Assembly (NCBI GenBank): GCA_027334165.1
Contig: DAHWXM010000005.1
Span: forward strand, 955-64,954
Source: Candidatus Micrarchaeota archaeon
GTDB taxonomy: Archaea; Micrarchaeota; Micrarchaeia; Micrarchaeales; CABMGC01
DNA: 64,000 nucleotides
Direction of reading: 5' to 3'
Of this stretch, positions 35,560-44,908 are shown in pieces (within the stretch, counting starts at the first letter, position 1; each line of letters starts with the position of its first letter). The notes beneath the pieces are model-generated. The model did not search any database and was not told the DNA's origin. It saw only the letters and a list, made by a program, of their open reading frames with translations. The position numbers were made by a program, and so were the translations under genes.

Positions 35560-35718
35560 CCGGGCCGTTCCCGGAGCACCTAGAAACGGAATCGGGGCGG
35601 CGAAAGCCGCCCCAACTGCTTCTCACGATGCCGTTCATGTGGTCCGTACTCCGCCATGCTTCTGCGCATGGAAGTACCCCTTGCCGGGCTGTCCTGCGGC
35701 ATGCCATCGCGGTGCTTC
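35560..35718 (+). ncRNA. candidate structured ncRNA of unknown class
   Basis: A GC-rich island lies inside an AT-rich ~440-nt spacer. It has a GNRA-capped 8-bp hairpin GGGGCGGC-GAAA-GCCGCCCC (35594-35613) and nested long-range complementarities, detailed in the findings. TATTATATAT lies at 35528-35537 upstream. A G:U pair in the closing helix favours the plus strand. Confidence 0.35.
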
Positions 35719-35867
35719 TTTCGGCGTCACAATTTCCAAAATGTTATGTATTTTCATGCATCTGAGGATAGAAAGATTTAAATACGTTAGTATCTATATG
35801 TTAAGTGCGTGTTATTCCACAGAAAGTGTAATAAGCGTAATCTATTGACTGCAATGCATTCTCTAGA

Positions 35868-35906
35868 TTTTTATACTTTTGAGTATCAAGAGTTTAATAT
35901 TGGTGA
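35868..35906 (+). promoter_or_regulatory. tuf promoter TATA box and Shine-Dalgarno
   Basis: TTTTTATAC lies at 35868-35876. GGTGA at 35902-35906 sits 7 nt upstream of ATG 35913. Confidence 0.4.
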
Positions 35907-35912
35907 ATTGAA

Positions 35913-37178
35913 ATGGCAGAAAAACCACACATGAATTTGATTTTCATAGGGCACATAGACCACGGAAAGTCAACGACGGTCGGAAGGCTGCTCTACGAAA
36001 CCAAGGCTGTCAGCGAACAGGATCTAAAGAAGCTTAAGGACGAGGTTGTAAAGTACAACAGGCCTACGTTTGAATTTGCGTTCGTCATGGACCAGCTCAA
36101 AGAGGAGAGGGAAAGGGGAATCACCATCGACATAATGCACAGAGATTTCCAGACCCCGAAGTACTACTTCACAATAATAGACGCACCTGGACACAGGGAC
36201 TTTGTCAAGAACATGATAACGGGCGCCAGCCAGGCTGACGCTGCTGTTCTCGTGGTTTCATGCGTTGATGGGATACAGTCCCAGACGAGGGAGCACGCGT
36301 ACCTTGCAAAGGTTCTCGGCATATCACAGGTAATAGTTGGAATAAACAAGATGGATGCCGCAGAATTCGACAAGGCAAAGTTCGAAGATACGAAGGCGAA
36401 GGTCAGCGAACTGCTCAAGACAGTAGGTTACGATGTCAGCAAGATAATGTTCGTGCCTTACTCTGCACTTGAGGGATCTAATGTTTCAGCGAAGCCGGAG
36501 AAGATGCCTTGGTATAATGGACCGACGCTTCTCGGGTCTCTCGATCTGCTTACCCTGCCGCAGAAGCCTCTAGACAAGCCGTTGAGGCTTCCTGTACAGG
36601 ACGTTTACAGCATAGCGGGATTCGGAACTGTCCCTGTAGGAAGGGTGGAAACCGGAGTCATGAAGCCTGGAGATCAGATAATAGTTATGCCGAGTGGCGC
36701 AAAGACCGAGGTCAGGAGCATAGAAATGCATCACCAGCAATTGCAGAAGGCGGAGCCTGGAGACAACGTCGGCTTTAACGTTAAGGGCGTGGACAAGAAG
36801 GACATAAAGAGGGGAGATGTGATAGGACCTGTTTCAAACCCTCCTACCGTAGCATCAGAGTTCACGGCGCAGATCGTGGTAATAAACCACCCTACCGCAA
36901 TTGCCCCTGGATACACTCCGGTGTTCCACATACACACGATGCAGATAGCATCTACGCTGGTGGAGATAGTTGAAAAGAAGGACCCTAAGACCGGGCAGAC
37001 AGTCCAGAAAAACCCCGAGTTCATAAAGAACGGCGATGTTGCAATCGTTAGAATAAAGCCGAGCAAACCAATATGCATAGAGAAGTTCGGCGAGTTCCCC
37101 CAACTCGGGAGGTTCGCCATAAGGGACATGGGCCAGACGGTTGCCGCTGGAGTGGTACTGGACGTCAAGAAAGCATAG
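35913..37178 (+). CDS. tuf: translation elongation factor EF-1 alpha
   Basis: [28 protein letters not shown] and NKMD G-motifs, with full-length collinearity to aEF-1alpha. Confidence 0.97.
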   Translation: MAEKPHMNLIFIGHIDHGKSTTVGRLLYETKAVSEQDLKKLKDEVVKYNRPTFEFAFVMDQLKEERERGITIDIMHRDFQTPKYYFTIIDAPGHRDFVKNMITGASQADAAVLVVSCVDGIQSQTREHAYLAKVLGISQVIVGINKMDAAEFDKAKFEDTKAKVSELLKTVGYDVSKIMFVPYSALEGSNVSAKPEKMPWYNGPTLLGSLDLLTLPQKPLDKPLRLPVQDVYSIAGFGTVPVGRVETGVMKPGDQIIVMPSGAKTEVRSIEMHHQQLQKAEPGDNVGFNVKGVDKKDIKRGDVIGPVSNPPTVASEFTAQIVVINHPTAIAPGYTPVFHIHTMQIASTLVEIVEKKDPKTGQTVQKNPEFIKNGDVAIVRIKPSKPICIEKFGEFPQLGRFAIRDMGQTVAAGVVLDVKKA

Positions 37179-37185
37179 TGAGCAA

Positions 37186-37491
37186 ATGCCTACAACACGC
37201 ATAAAGCTTATCAGCAGGAACAAGGACGATGTCGTAAAGATAGCAAAGCAGATAATCGAGATAGCGAAGACTGTCGGGATCAAGTTCAAGGGGCCGATAC
37301 CCCTTCCGACGAAGGTCTTAAACATCTCGACAAGAAAGACGCCTTGCGGAGACGGCTCGCACACCTATGAACACTGGGAGATGCGCATACACAAGTGGCT
37401 CGTCGAGATAGACGGAAGCGAACAGGCTCTCAGGCAGCTCATGAGGATAACAGTTCCTGACACCGTGCAGATAGAGATGACGCTGTCCTGA
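37186..37491 (+). CDS. rps10: 30S ribosomal protein S10 (uS10)
   Basis: MPTTRIKLISRNKDDVVKIAKQIIEIAKTVGIKFKGPIPLPTKVL...RKTPCGDGSHTYEHWEMRIHKWLVEI. This is the conserved tuf-rps10 pair. I trimmed the start to ATG 37186. Confidence 0.93.
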   Translation: MPTTRIKLISRNKDDVVKIAKQIIEIAKTVGIKFKGPIPLPTKVLNISTRKTPCGDGSHTYEHWEMRIHKWLVEIDGSEQALRQLMRITVPDTVQIEMTLS

Positions 37492-37540
37492 TTTTTTGGG
37501 CACGCCATCCATTTCTATTCCTTTCTCTTTTTCCTTTTTT
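37492..37540 (+). terminator. oligo-T terminator region after rps10
   Basis: T6 begins immediately after the stop (37492-37497). Further T5/T6 runs lie at 37528-37540. Confidence 0.4.
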
Positions 37541-37760
37541 AAACGCGCGCACGTTAACGGAATGAGCGACAGCTATGCTAGTTTACCCTTTTCGTCACAG
37601 GACCGCCGTGTACGCGTAGTCGTTCGTTTTGGCTTCCGGAAAAGTTCCGCAAATTCCCCCACGCAATGGGTTATAGGATATTCGGGAACGTCTTTGGCCT
37701 CCTAAAAGTAGCAAAGGTTAGATTCTCGGGCACGTGCCTTCACCGAATCCATGAAATCCT

Positions 37761-38960
37761 TTAGAACGTCTTGTACTTTCCTAGGGAGATGTCCATCGTC
37801 AGTTTGTTGATTTCCTCTAGCCAGCCGTTAGCTATGTACGTGGCTTTGCTGCTTATGTCGTTGAAGTTGGCACCGCTCTCAACTATCACGTTCATGTTCA
37901 GGTTTAGCGGTTCATCTATTCTCTTTCCTATCTGCGAGAGCACAGCTATGTCGCACTCCTGTATCTGTGGATACTGCTTCACCACATCATCCGCCAACTG
38001 TGTGGCGAGTATGTTGTATATCTTGCCTATGTGGTTAACAGGGTTCTTTCCGGAGGCAGCCTCAAGGCTCATGTGCCTGAATGGCGTTATTAGCCCGTTC
38101 ACCCTATTGCCCCTTCCTACAGATCCGTCGTCTCCCGCTTCACAGCTGAGTCCCGACTTGGTCAGGTAAACGTTTTCTCCCTCTATGGTGTCTCCGGTGT
38201 TTATCTCAACAATGACCTCCTTCTTGGTGAACTTGGATGTGAGCTTGAGCACGTCCTCCCGTATCCGCTCCTTGAGCTTTACATATTCGTCTATGTTTGG
38301 AACAAGGCTTGCCACGAACGCTATCGCGATGGTGAGCGTTATGCTGTTTCCATCCCTGCAGCCCATGACCTTGATGTCCTCTCCAACGGCCGGTACCCTG
38401 CTCTTGTACTCCTTGCTATTGAGGTAGTTCTCAGTCTGCAGGACTAAGGTTTCCGTGTCAGTGAAAGGCGCGAATCCAATTCCAAATGACGTGTCGTTCG
38501 CCAACGGGACTGCCGCATTCCTGCCGAAGATGTGCGTCAGGTCGGCGCTTCCTTCGGCTATCTTGGAGTTGAATTCCACATCCGTGTCGAAATCGAGGAA
38601 ACGCGTGTTGTCCTTGAGGTACTTAAGTGCAACATCCTTAGCTATCTGGTTGACGTCTATAGTCTTGCCCTCTATCTTGCTCGTGGCTCTTCCTGTGACG
38701 ATAACCTCTATCTTCTTTGTTATCCTTCCCTTTCCGAAGTCTGCCTCTGATGCACCCCCTATTATGAGTCCCTTGTCAACGTTGTGGTGTAGAATGCTAC
38801 CGGTAACGTCGAGGTACTCCCTGCAAAGCGCATGGCTTGTCTCATCAACTATTCCGTCTATGAGACTGTCGGGGTGTCCTACCCCCTTCCTCTCGACGTA
38901 CTCCGTTCTCTGTTCACCCACCGGCTTCAGCTCTAGCCTCTCTATGGTTATGTTTCTCAT
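37761..38960 (-). CDS. mat: archaeal-type S-adenosylmethionine synthetase
   Basis: MRNITIERL...ERKGVGHPDSLIDGI...CEAGDDGSVGRGNRVNGLITP is the archaeal MAT family. Confidence 0.93.
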   Translation of the reverse strand: MRNITIERLELKPVGEQRTEYVERKGVGHPDSLIDGIVDETSHALCREYLDVTGSILHHNVDKGLIIGGASEADFGKGRITKKIEVIVTGRATSKIEGKTIDVNQIAKDVALKYLKDNTRFLDFDTDVEFNSKIAEGSADLTHIFGRNAAVPLANDTSFGIGFAPFTDTETLVLQTENYLNSKEYKSRVPAVGEDIKVMGCRDGNSITLTIAIAFVASLVPNIDEYVKLKERIREDVLKLTSKFTKKEVIVEINTGDTIEGENVYLTKSGLSCEAGDDGSVGRGNRVNGLITPFRHMSLEAASGKNPVNHIGKIYNILATQLADDVVKQYPQIQECDIAVLSQIGKRIDEPLNLNMNVIVESGANFNDISSKATYIANGWLEEINKLTMDISLGKYKTF

Positions 38961-39053
38961 TGCATCACAGAATTAAGCGAAAGTTATGACTTTAATTAAG
39001 TCGGCACAAAGTATTTATAATTATTGATACAGTAAATATTACTAACAGTAATC

Positions 39054-39647
39054 GTGTTTTTCATGGACACTCTGCACGAAATTTCTTCGTCGATAAGAAC
39101 CAAAAGGGAGGTCTTAAACCTGAGCCAGAAAAGACTCGCCCGGCTCGTCAGGATGAGTCAGAGCACAATAGCCAGGATAGAGAATGATATAGAGCGGCTA
39201 AATCCGAGCTACGAGACTATCTTCAAGGTTGTAAATGTCCTTGATAGACTTGGAAAGATGGAAGAGAAGAGCGGCTTGCAGGTAAAGACTGCACAGAGCA
39301 TAATGCAGAAGAGGATAGTATTCGCGCGTCCCGGCGACACCGTAGCCGAGACGATAAAGGCAATAAAGAACTACGACTTTCCTCGCCTCCCCGTCCTTAA
39401 CAAGGAGATGAACGTGATGGGTGCCGTGTCGCAGAAGAGGGTCATGGACATAGCGACGAAGGACCCCGAGAGCCTGGACAAGATACGCGTAAGCGACATA
39501 ATAGACACCGAACTGCCACAGGTTGGCGTGGACACCGAATTCTCAAAGATAAAGCGCATACTTGAGGATTGGGATGCCGTCATGGTGGTTGAGAAAGGTC
39601 GCGCAGTAGGCATAATAACCATATATGACATACTCAAGCAGATATGA
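39054..39647 (+). CDS. HTH (XRE-type) + CBS-pair regulator
   Basis: LNLSQKRLARLVRMSQSTIARIENDIE, then two CBS motifs (IVFARPGDTVAETIKAIKNYDFPRLPVLN ... AVMVVEKGRAVGIITIYDIL). Confidence 0.75.
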   Translation: MFFMDTLHEISSSIRTKREVLNLSQKRLARLVRMSQSTIARIENDIERLNPSYETIFKVVNVLDRLGKMEEKSGLQVKTAQSIMQKRIVFARPGDTVAETIKAIKNYDFPRLPVLNKEMNVMGAVSQKRVMDIATKDPESLDKIRVSDIIDTELPQVGVDTEFSKIKRILEDWDAVMVVEKGRAVGIITIYDILKQI

Positions 39648-39660
39648 GCCGTTTCATGCC

Positions 39661-40536
39661 CTACTGCCTTCCAGAAACCATCGCCGCTGTGAAGTACTCG
39701 CCTGCCTTATAAGAACTGCGCACGAGGGGCCCCGCGGCAGCGTACCGGAATCCTTTTTGCAGTGCAAGTTTCCTTATGCTATCGAATCTCTCCGGCCTGA
39801 TAAATTCCTTTATCTCTGCGTGGCGCGCAGAGGGTCGCAGATACTGCCCTATGGACACAAAATCCGTACCCATCTCCCTGAGGTCGTCAAGCGTCTTGCT
39901 TATCTCATCTTCCGTTTCCCCAAGCCCGAGCATCATTGCAGATTTGGTGTACTTCTGCCCAAGTTCCTTCGCGATGCGGAGTACTCCAAGCGATTGTCTG
40001 TAAGATGCCCGTCTGTCCCTGACGTTCGGGCTTATCCTCTCCACGGTTTCTATGTTGTGTCCGAGAACATCTGGACGGGCCTCGACTATGGTCCTTATGC
40101 ACTCCGGTTCCCCACTGAAGTCGGGTATCAGTACCTCCACCAGGGTCTTTGGATTAAATCGCCTTATCTCGGCAACGCACGCTGCAAAGTGGCCTGCCCC
40201 CTGATCGTCGAGGTCGTCCCTACACACGGAAGTCACAACAACGTAGTCCAATTTCCAGTCTTTCACGGTCATGCCAAGCTTCCTGGGCTCTTCGGGGTCC
40301 TGTGCAGGGTTTTTCGCCATCTTTTTGACTGCACAGAACCTGCATCCACGCGTGCACGTATCACCAAGAACCATGAACGTGGCAGTGCCCCCGCTCCAAC
40401 ATTCAGATGCGTTTGGGCAATGCGCTTCGGTGCACACCGTGTGGAGACCAGATGTGCCAACCCTGCTGCGTATATCACGGTATCTCGGGGTCGTTGCAGG
40501 GCTTATCATGAACCATTCCGGAAGCAAATCCCTCAC
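39661..40536 (-). CDS. lipA: lipoyl synthase
   Basis: CTEAHCPNASEC plus the radical SAM motif CTRGCRFCAV. Confidence 0.93.
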   Translation of the reverse strand: MRDLLPEWFMISPATTPRYRDIRSRVGTSGLHTVCTEAHCPNASECWSGGTATFMVLGDTCTRGCRFCAVKKMAKNPAQDPEEPRKLGMTVKDWKLDYVVVTSVCRDDLDDQGAGHFAACVAEIRRFNPKTLVEVLIPDFSGEPECIRTIVEARPDVLGHNIETVERISPNVRDRRASYRQSLGVLRIAKELGQKYTKSAMMLGLGETEDEISKTLDDLREMGTDFVSIGQYLRPSARHAEIKEFIRPERFDSIRKLALQKGFRYAAAGPLVRSSYKAGEYFTAAMVSGRQ

Positions 40537-40603
40537 CAGAGTATCTTAGCACGCGACTTATAAAAAGAATCCGTGGTGTTTGCGACATGGCTCTACAATG
40601 CGG

Positions 40604-41350
40604 TTACCTGCTGAAGTTCCATTCGTCACTGCCATACACACGGGCTGCAAGTTCGGAGGCGCGCTTTTCTTCCCTGCCCTCGAGCTTCCCGAAGGAAAAG
40701 TTCTTTCCTTTCACGAAGCCCCTCATGAGCGCCTCATACAGTCCATCCTGCGTTACATCGACGTAGTCAAGCACGCGAGTTACCCTTTCCTCAACATTCT
40801 TTATCATCTTGTCAGATATCTTCTCCTTGCTCACGTTGAGCACGCTGAACATCCTCTTCACGTCAAGATCATACAGTATCGTGCCGTGCTGCAGAAGAAC
40901 GCCATCTCTTCGGGTCTGCGCGTTTCCCGATATTTTCTTTCCATTCACCGTTATGTCATTTATCGGAGAAAACGCCGCTGATATTCCGATGGTTGCAAGT
41001 CCCGCGATTATCCATCCGCACACCTCGGCATAGCTCTCGCGTATGCCGTTGCTGAACAGTCCCTCCTTTCCGATGATGCTGTATGTGACCTCCCCATGTT
41101 CATCGTGATACACGGCTCCGCCACCCGTGATCCTCCTTATGCGATCAATGCCTAACTCTTCGCACTTATCCACATTGACCTCGTCACGCATGCTCTGGAA
41201 TCGTCCTATGGACACCGCGCTGGGCTTCCACGTGTAGAAGCGTATTGTTGGCAGCGAATGTCCGTCGCGCACTGCTTCCAGCACCGCTTCGTCTATCCCC
41301 ATGTTCGTTTTCGCATCGTGCGCTTCAAGTCCTATAACTCGCCACTCCAT
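40604..41350 (-). CDS. lplA: lipoate-protein ligase A, catalytic domain
   Basis: Motifs ...TIRFYTWKPSAVSIGRFQ...RRITGGGAVYHD...GKKISGNAQ... are typical of the BPL/LPL catalytic domain. Confidence 0.88.
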   Translation of the reverse strand: MEWRVIGLEAHDAKTNMGIDEAVLEAVRDGHSLPTIRFYTWKPSAVSIGRFQSMRDEVNVDKCEELGIDRIRRITGGGAVYHDEHGEVTYSIIGKEGLFSNGIRESYAEVCGWIIAGLATIGISAAFSPINDITVNGKKISGNAQTRRDGVLLQHGTILYDLDVKRMFSVLNVSKEKISDKMIKNVEERVTRVLDYVDVTQDGLYEALMRGFVKGKNFSFGKLEGREEKRASELAARVYGSDEWNFSR

Positions 41351-41636
41351 TTTGCATCGCCATCCTTATAGTTTCCGCTATGGAATCAGGGTCTATGCCG
41401 ATCAGCGTGATGCCGGATTTTTCAATCGCCGTGGCTATCACCGCAGACATCTCCTTCCTGTGGGTGTCGGCATCCATTCCGCGAACCGATTTCTCCACCA
41501 AGGCAAGTCCCTCGTCAGGATACACAAAGAAATCTCCGGTTATCTCTACACCGTCTATCTTTTCAGAGAAAGAGACCCTCACGGTAAGGAGCTTCCCATT
41601 CCGCACCTTCTGCCTTGCGAATCCTTGGTGTGCCAT
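41325..41636 (-). CDS. lplB: lipoate-protein ligase accessory (C-terminal) domain protein
   Basis: GKLLTVRVSFSEKIDGVEITGDFFVYPDEGL matches the LplA C-terminal domain, encoded here as a separate ORF that overlaps lplA by 26 nt. Confidence 0.75.
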   Translation of the reverse strand: MAHQGFARQKVRNGKLLTVRVSFSEKIDGVEITGDFFVYPDEGLALVEKSVRGMDADTHRKEMSAVIATAIEKSGITLIGIDPDSIAETIRMAMQNGVASYRT

Positions 41637-41696
41637 TGCAATGGCTCATTGGCACACTGCATTATTTATAATTTGCCGGACTTTGCGCGAATGCCT

Positions 41697-42197
41697 CTAC
41701 CATGGAACGTCCTTAAGCTTCGCCTTGTGGGCTCCCATGTTCGTGAGCTTGTGCAGCACACCTGTCAGCATCACAAGGAATACCAGGCCATATATCGATG
41801 GCATGTGCCCGAATGGGAGGGCAAACAGAAGTGCGAATATGAAGAAGAAGTACTGGTCGAACAGAAGAAATGGCCTGCCCTCTTTGAAGCCAAGCTGCCT
41901 TTTCAGGAAACTGCCTAAGAGATCTCCAAAATGTGTCCCTAGCGCCATCGCTATTCCGGCAAGCAGCATGTACGGCAGGAACGCGGATTCCACAGCCGCC
42001 ATCACCATGCCAGATAGTATTCCTGCAATCAGGCCGATTATGGTCTTATGCTTCCCGAAAACAGGCTTCCCCCTAAACATTCTGCCCAGATCAAGTGCTG
42101 GTCCCCTGCCGAAGATGACGGGTGCGCCGTTCGCCACATATGCGGGCCATATATATATTATGGGGTAGAGCACCACGCTGTAAATAAGGTCCGCCAT
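41697..42197 (-). CDS. carS: CDP-archaeol synthase (DUF46/CarS)
   Basis: WPAYVANGAPVIFG...GKPVFGKHKTIIGLIAGILSG in a five-TM small membrane protein. Confidence 0.8.
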   Translation of the reverse strand: MADLIYSVVLYPIIYIWPAYVANGAPVIFGRGPALDLGRMFRGKPVFGKHKTIIGLIAGILSGMVMAAVESAFLPYMLLAGIAMALGTHFGDLLGSFLKRQLGFKEGRPFLLFDQYFFFIFALLFALPFGHMPSIYGLVFLVMLTGVLHKLTNMGAHKAKLKDVPW

Positions 42198-42214
42198 TTA
42201 GCCACCGGTTAACG

Positions 42215-44908
42215 TTACTGCTGCATTTTCCCTTCCGCGTACTTCTTGGAGCCTCCGCCTACGAAACGCCTATTCCCTGCACGGTTCCTGAGCTCGTCTA
42301 CCGCGCTCTTCCCGGAATCATCTCCGGCTATGCAGAGCACGTCTCCTCTCCTGTTTTCAAGGATGACGAGTCTCGATTTATCATAACTTACCATTCTGTC
42401 CGCTATGCGCCTCATGATGTCTCTGTCAAAATCCACCACGCGCGTTATCTCCTTCCCGCTTCCGGCATTCTCTGCGATTTCATTGACCACGAGTTCCACG
42501 CTCCTCTTTAGTTCTTCGTGCATGTTCTCTTTTTCCCTGAGCGTGTCGTTTATCTTAACAGAAACTCCAAAGAGTTCGGCATTCAGTTGCCTTGATGCCT
42601 CATGAAGTTCCATGTCCTCCCTGCCAAAGTATTCAAGTGCGGCTGGTCCGGCAACGAACTCTATCCTGACTATGCCATCGTGCGACCGATACGAGTTTAT
42701 TATCTTCACTATCCCGAGTATGCTCTCCCTGCCTATCGCGTGCAGGCCGCCGCATGCCTGTGCGTCAAGAAGCTTGCCACTCCGGTCATGGACTGTTACT
42801 ATCCTCATGGTCTTTGAAGGCACCCCATGGCCTTGGTATATCTCGAAGCCGTACTTCATCTCGGCCTCGCCCCTGGGTTCATACTCCGCGTTGACCGAAA
42901 TGCCGTTGAATATCCATCCATTGACCATCGACTCAATCGATCCAAGCTCTTTCTCGCTCAACTTGTCGTAGTGCGCAACGTCTATGTGCGCCTTCTCAGG
43001 TTCCTTTCTCGTCCCTTCCTGCCACGCATGCCTTCCTAGCACATTTCTGGCCGCAGCGCTTATTAGGTGTGTTGCCGTATGGTGCGCAGTCAGCCTCATC
43101 CTAGCATCCTTGTCGACCTCTGCGTACACGCTTGCGCCGACCCTGAATTCCGATTCATTGTCTACGCTTCTGTCAAGCGTGTGCACTATTACGCCTCCGT
43201 GTTTCTGGACATCAGTAACTATCACTCCGTTTATCTTGCCCCTGTCTGCCGCTTGCCCTCCTCCCTCCGGATAAAACGGCGTCTGATCAAGCACCACGTA
43301 CCTGCCACTTGAGAACAGCACACGTGACTCGGACTCTGTCTTGAAATCGTAATACAGCTGCTTTGTCTCTTGCACGTCGTCGGGCACCGCAGGCCCTTCC
43401 TTTTTCTTCTTCTCACGCTTTGCGAGGTCTCCCTCTATAATGTTTCCGTAGACGTTCTCGGGGAGCTTCAGCTCTATGCCCCTGGCCGTGGCCTCGTTCA
43501 GGAGGAATTCTGGGGTTATGCCATTGCTCTCGTAAAGCGTTCGGAACTGCTGTGCGTCTATGTTGCTTCTCTTGTTTATCAGGTTGGACACCACCTGCCT
43601 TGCATTTTCCCTGCTCCTGTTGTGCCTCTGCCTTTCAACCTTGATTATCCTGTCGAACTCATCAAAGTCGAAAGTCTCGGAAAGCTCGGGATACACGCCC
43701 TGGAGCTCCTCCGCCATTTCCCTGGCAAGTTCCGGTATGCTTATGTCAAATCCAAATTTGTCTATAAAGTCGAACGCGCGCCTCAGTATTATCCTAAGGT
43801 TGTATCCCCCGCCTATATTGGACGGAAGCGCACCATCCGATATCGCGAACATCAACGTCCTTGTGTGGTCGAGTATTGCGTAAAGGGCCTGCACTGGCTT
43901 GACCTTCTTCTCGTACTCCGCCTTAGATATGCCTGCGCGTGCCAGAAGCTGTCTCTCCTTCTCCCTCGCGTTCCTTATTTCATCCACGTCGAGCTCTCCG
44001 GCGAACCGGGAGAACTTCCTGAAAGAGTCCGTCTCAAGGCTAAGGCCGCGTTTCCGGAGCTTTTCAAGTACGCCATGGAACACCGCCTCATAAGCGTCAT
44101 CGTAACCCGTGTAGAACCACAGCAGCCTCTCAAATCCCCAGCCAACGTCAACGACCTTGCCGTTCAGCTCCCTGATCCCGCCGTTCACGTACTCAAACTG
44201 TGTGAATACGCTGTTCACCAGCTCGGCTCCATTTGCAAAGCTCTCTAGGTCTGGACCGAATTCTGAAAAGTCGGGCATGGCCCATGCGTCCTCGCTGTAA
44301 ATCACGTTCTCCTTCTTTATGCCTATGACCTTGGTAAGAAACTCGAAGTTAAGCTCTATCGTCCTGTCCTTCCAGTACCCTTCCTTTGGGTAGTTGAACG
44401 CATGCTGCCCGGCCATCATGAATCCGGTAAAGTGCCTCCCCGTGACGCCCACGTTTTCTATATCGCTGAATCTGAGGCACATCTGTGGAACTATGAGTGG
44501 ATTTGCAGAGTACTCGAAGCTCATCTTGCCCCCCTCAATCCTCTGAAAGTCCTGTATGCTTGCTATGGTGAAATAAAGGTCTCTGCGCCATCTGCTGACC
44601 ACTGGATATTTCGGGACCTCCGTGTGCCCGTTCTTCTTGAAGAAATCAGAAAATTTTTTCCAGAATTCGACATATCCTATATCGCGCGGTTTCTCCTTAA
44701 AGAACGTGTATTCGGTGTGTGAGGAATCCTCACACACATCGCGATCCTCAACGCTCCAAAAGTTAATCCCGCAGATACGACACTTCTTTCTTGTGAAACC
44801 CTCCCTCTCAAATAGCTCTACCTTGTAGTACTCTTCAGGGCTCTTTGCGAATTCCGCCCTCAGGGTCGGTTTGTCCAGTCTGTCTAGCTTAAGCATTGTT
44901 AGCACCAT
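42215..44908 (-). CDS. alaS: alanyl-tRNA synthetase (archaeal type)
   Basis: 897 aa. The N-terminus has a C-x2-C zinc motif (KKCRICGINFWS). The class II core and the editing domain HTATHL...CGGLH are present. Confidence 0.95.
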   Translation of the reverse strand: MVLTMLKLDRLDKPTLRAEFAKSPEEYYKVELFEREGFTRKKCRICGINFWSVEDRDVCEDSSHTEYTFFKEKPRDIGYVEFWKKFSDFFKKNGHTEVPKYPVVSRWRRDLYFTIASIQDFQRIEGGKMSFEYSANPLIVPQMCLRFSDIENVGVTGRHFTGFMMAGQHAFNYPKEGYWKDRTIELNFEFLTKVIGIKKENVIYSEDAWAMPDFSEFGPDLESFANGAELVNSVFTQFEYVNGGIRELNGKVVDVGWGFERLLWFYTGYDDAYEAVFHGVLEKLRKRGLSLETDSFRKFSRFAGELDVDEIRNAREKERQLLARAGISKAEYEKKVKPVQALYAILDHTRTLMFAISDGALPSNIGGGYNLRIILRRAFDFIDKFGFDISIPELAREMAEELQGVYPELSETFDFDEFDRIIKVERQRHNRSRENARQVVSNLINKRSNIDAQQFRTLYESNGITPEFLLNEATARGIELKLPENVYGNIIEGDLAKREKKKKEGPAVPDDVQETKQLYYDFKTESESRVLFSSGRYVVLDQTPFYPEGGGQAADRGKINGVIVTDVQKHGGVIVHTLDRSVDNESEFRVGASVYAEVDKDARMRLTAHHTATHLISAAARNVLGRHAWQEGTRKEPEKAHIDVAHYDKLSEKELGSIESMVNGWIFNGISVNAEYEPRGEAEMKYGFEIYQGHGVPSKTMRIVTVHDRSGKLLDAQACGGLHAIGRESILGIVKIINSYRSHDGIVRIEFVAGPAALEYFGREDMELHEASRQLNAELFGVSVKINDTLREKENMHEELKRSVELVVNEIAENAGSGKEITRVVDFDRDIMRRIADRMVSYDKSRLVILENRRGDVLCIAGDDSGKSAVDELRNRAGNRRFVGGGSKKYAEGKMQQ

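Noticed and set aside
35501-35848. ORFs 35501..35707 (minus, 68 aa) and 35639..35848 (plus, 69 aa)
   Set aside because: They have no motifs or expression signals. They overlap the GC-rich, helix-forming segment, which is better explained as RNA structure. I cannot exclude a small protein.
37496-37760. 69-aa ORF 37496..37705 and possible ncRNA in the rps10/mat convergent spacer
   Set aside because: The ORF begins inside the oligo-T terminator, and I found no SD or TATA box before it. I found no convincing nested helices comparable to those at 35560-35718.
39625-40563. 312-aa plus-strand ORF
   Set aside because: It is fully antisense to lipA, which has unmistakable radical SAM and lipoyl synthase motifs. 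Its translation is R/P/H-rich with no motif. It is a shadow ORF.
43370-44248. 292-aa plus-strand ORF, plus several other 60-120-aa plus-strand ORFs between 42405 and 44828
   Set aside because: All are antisense to the 897-aa alaS. They have low-complexity, stop-poor shadow frames.
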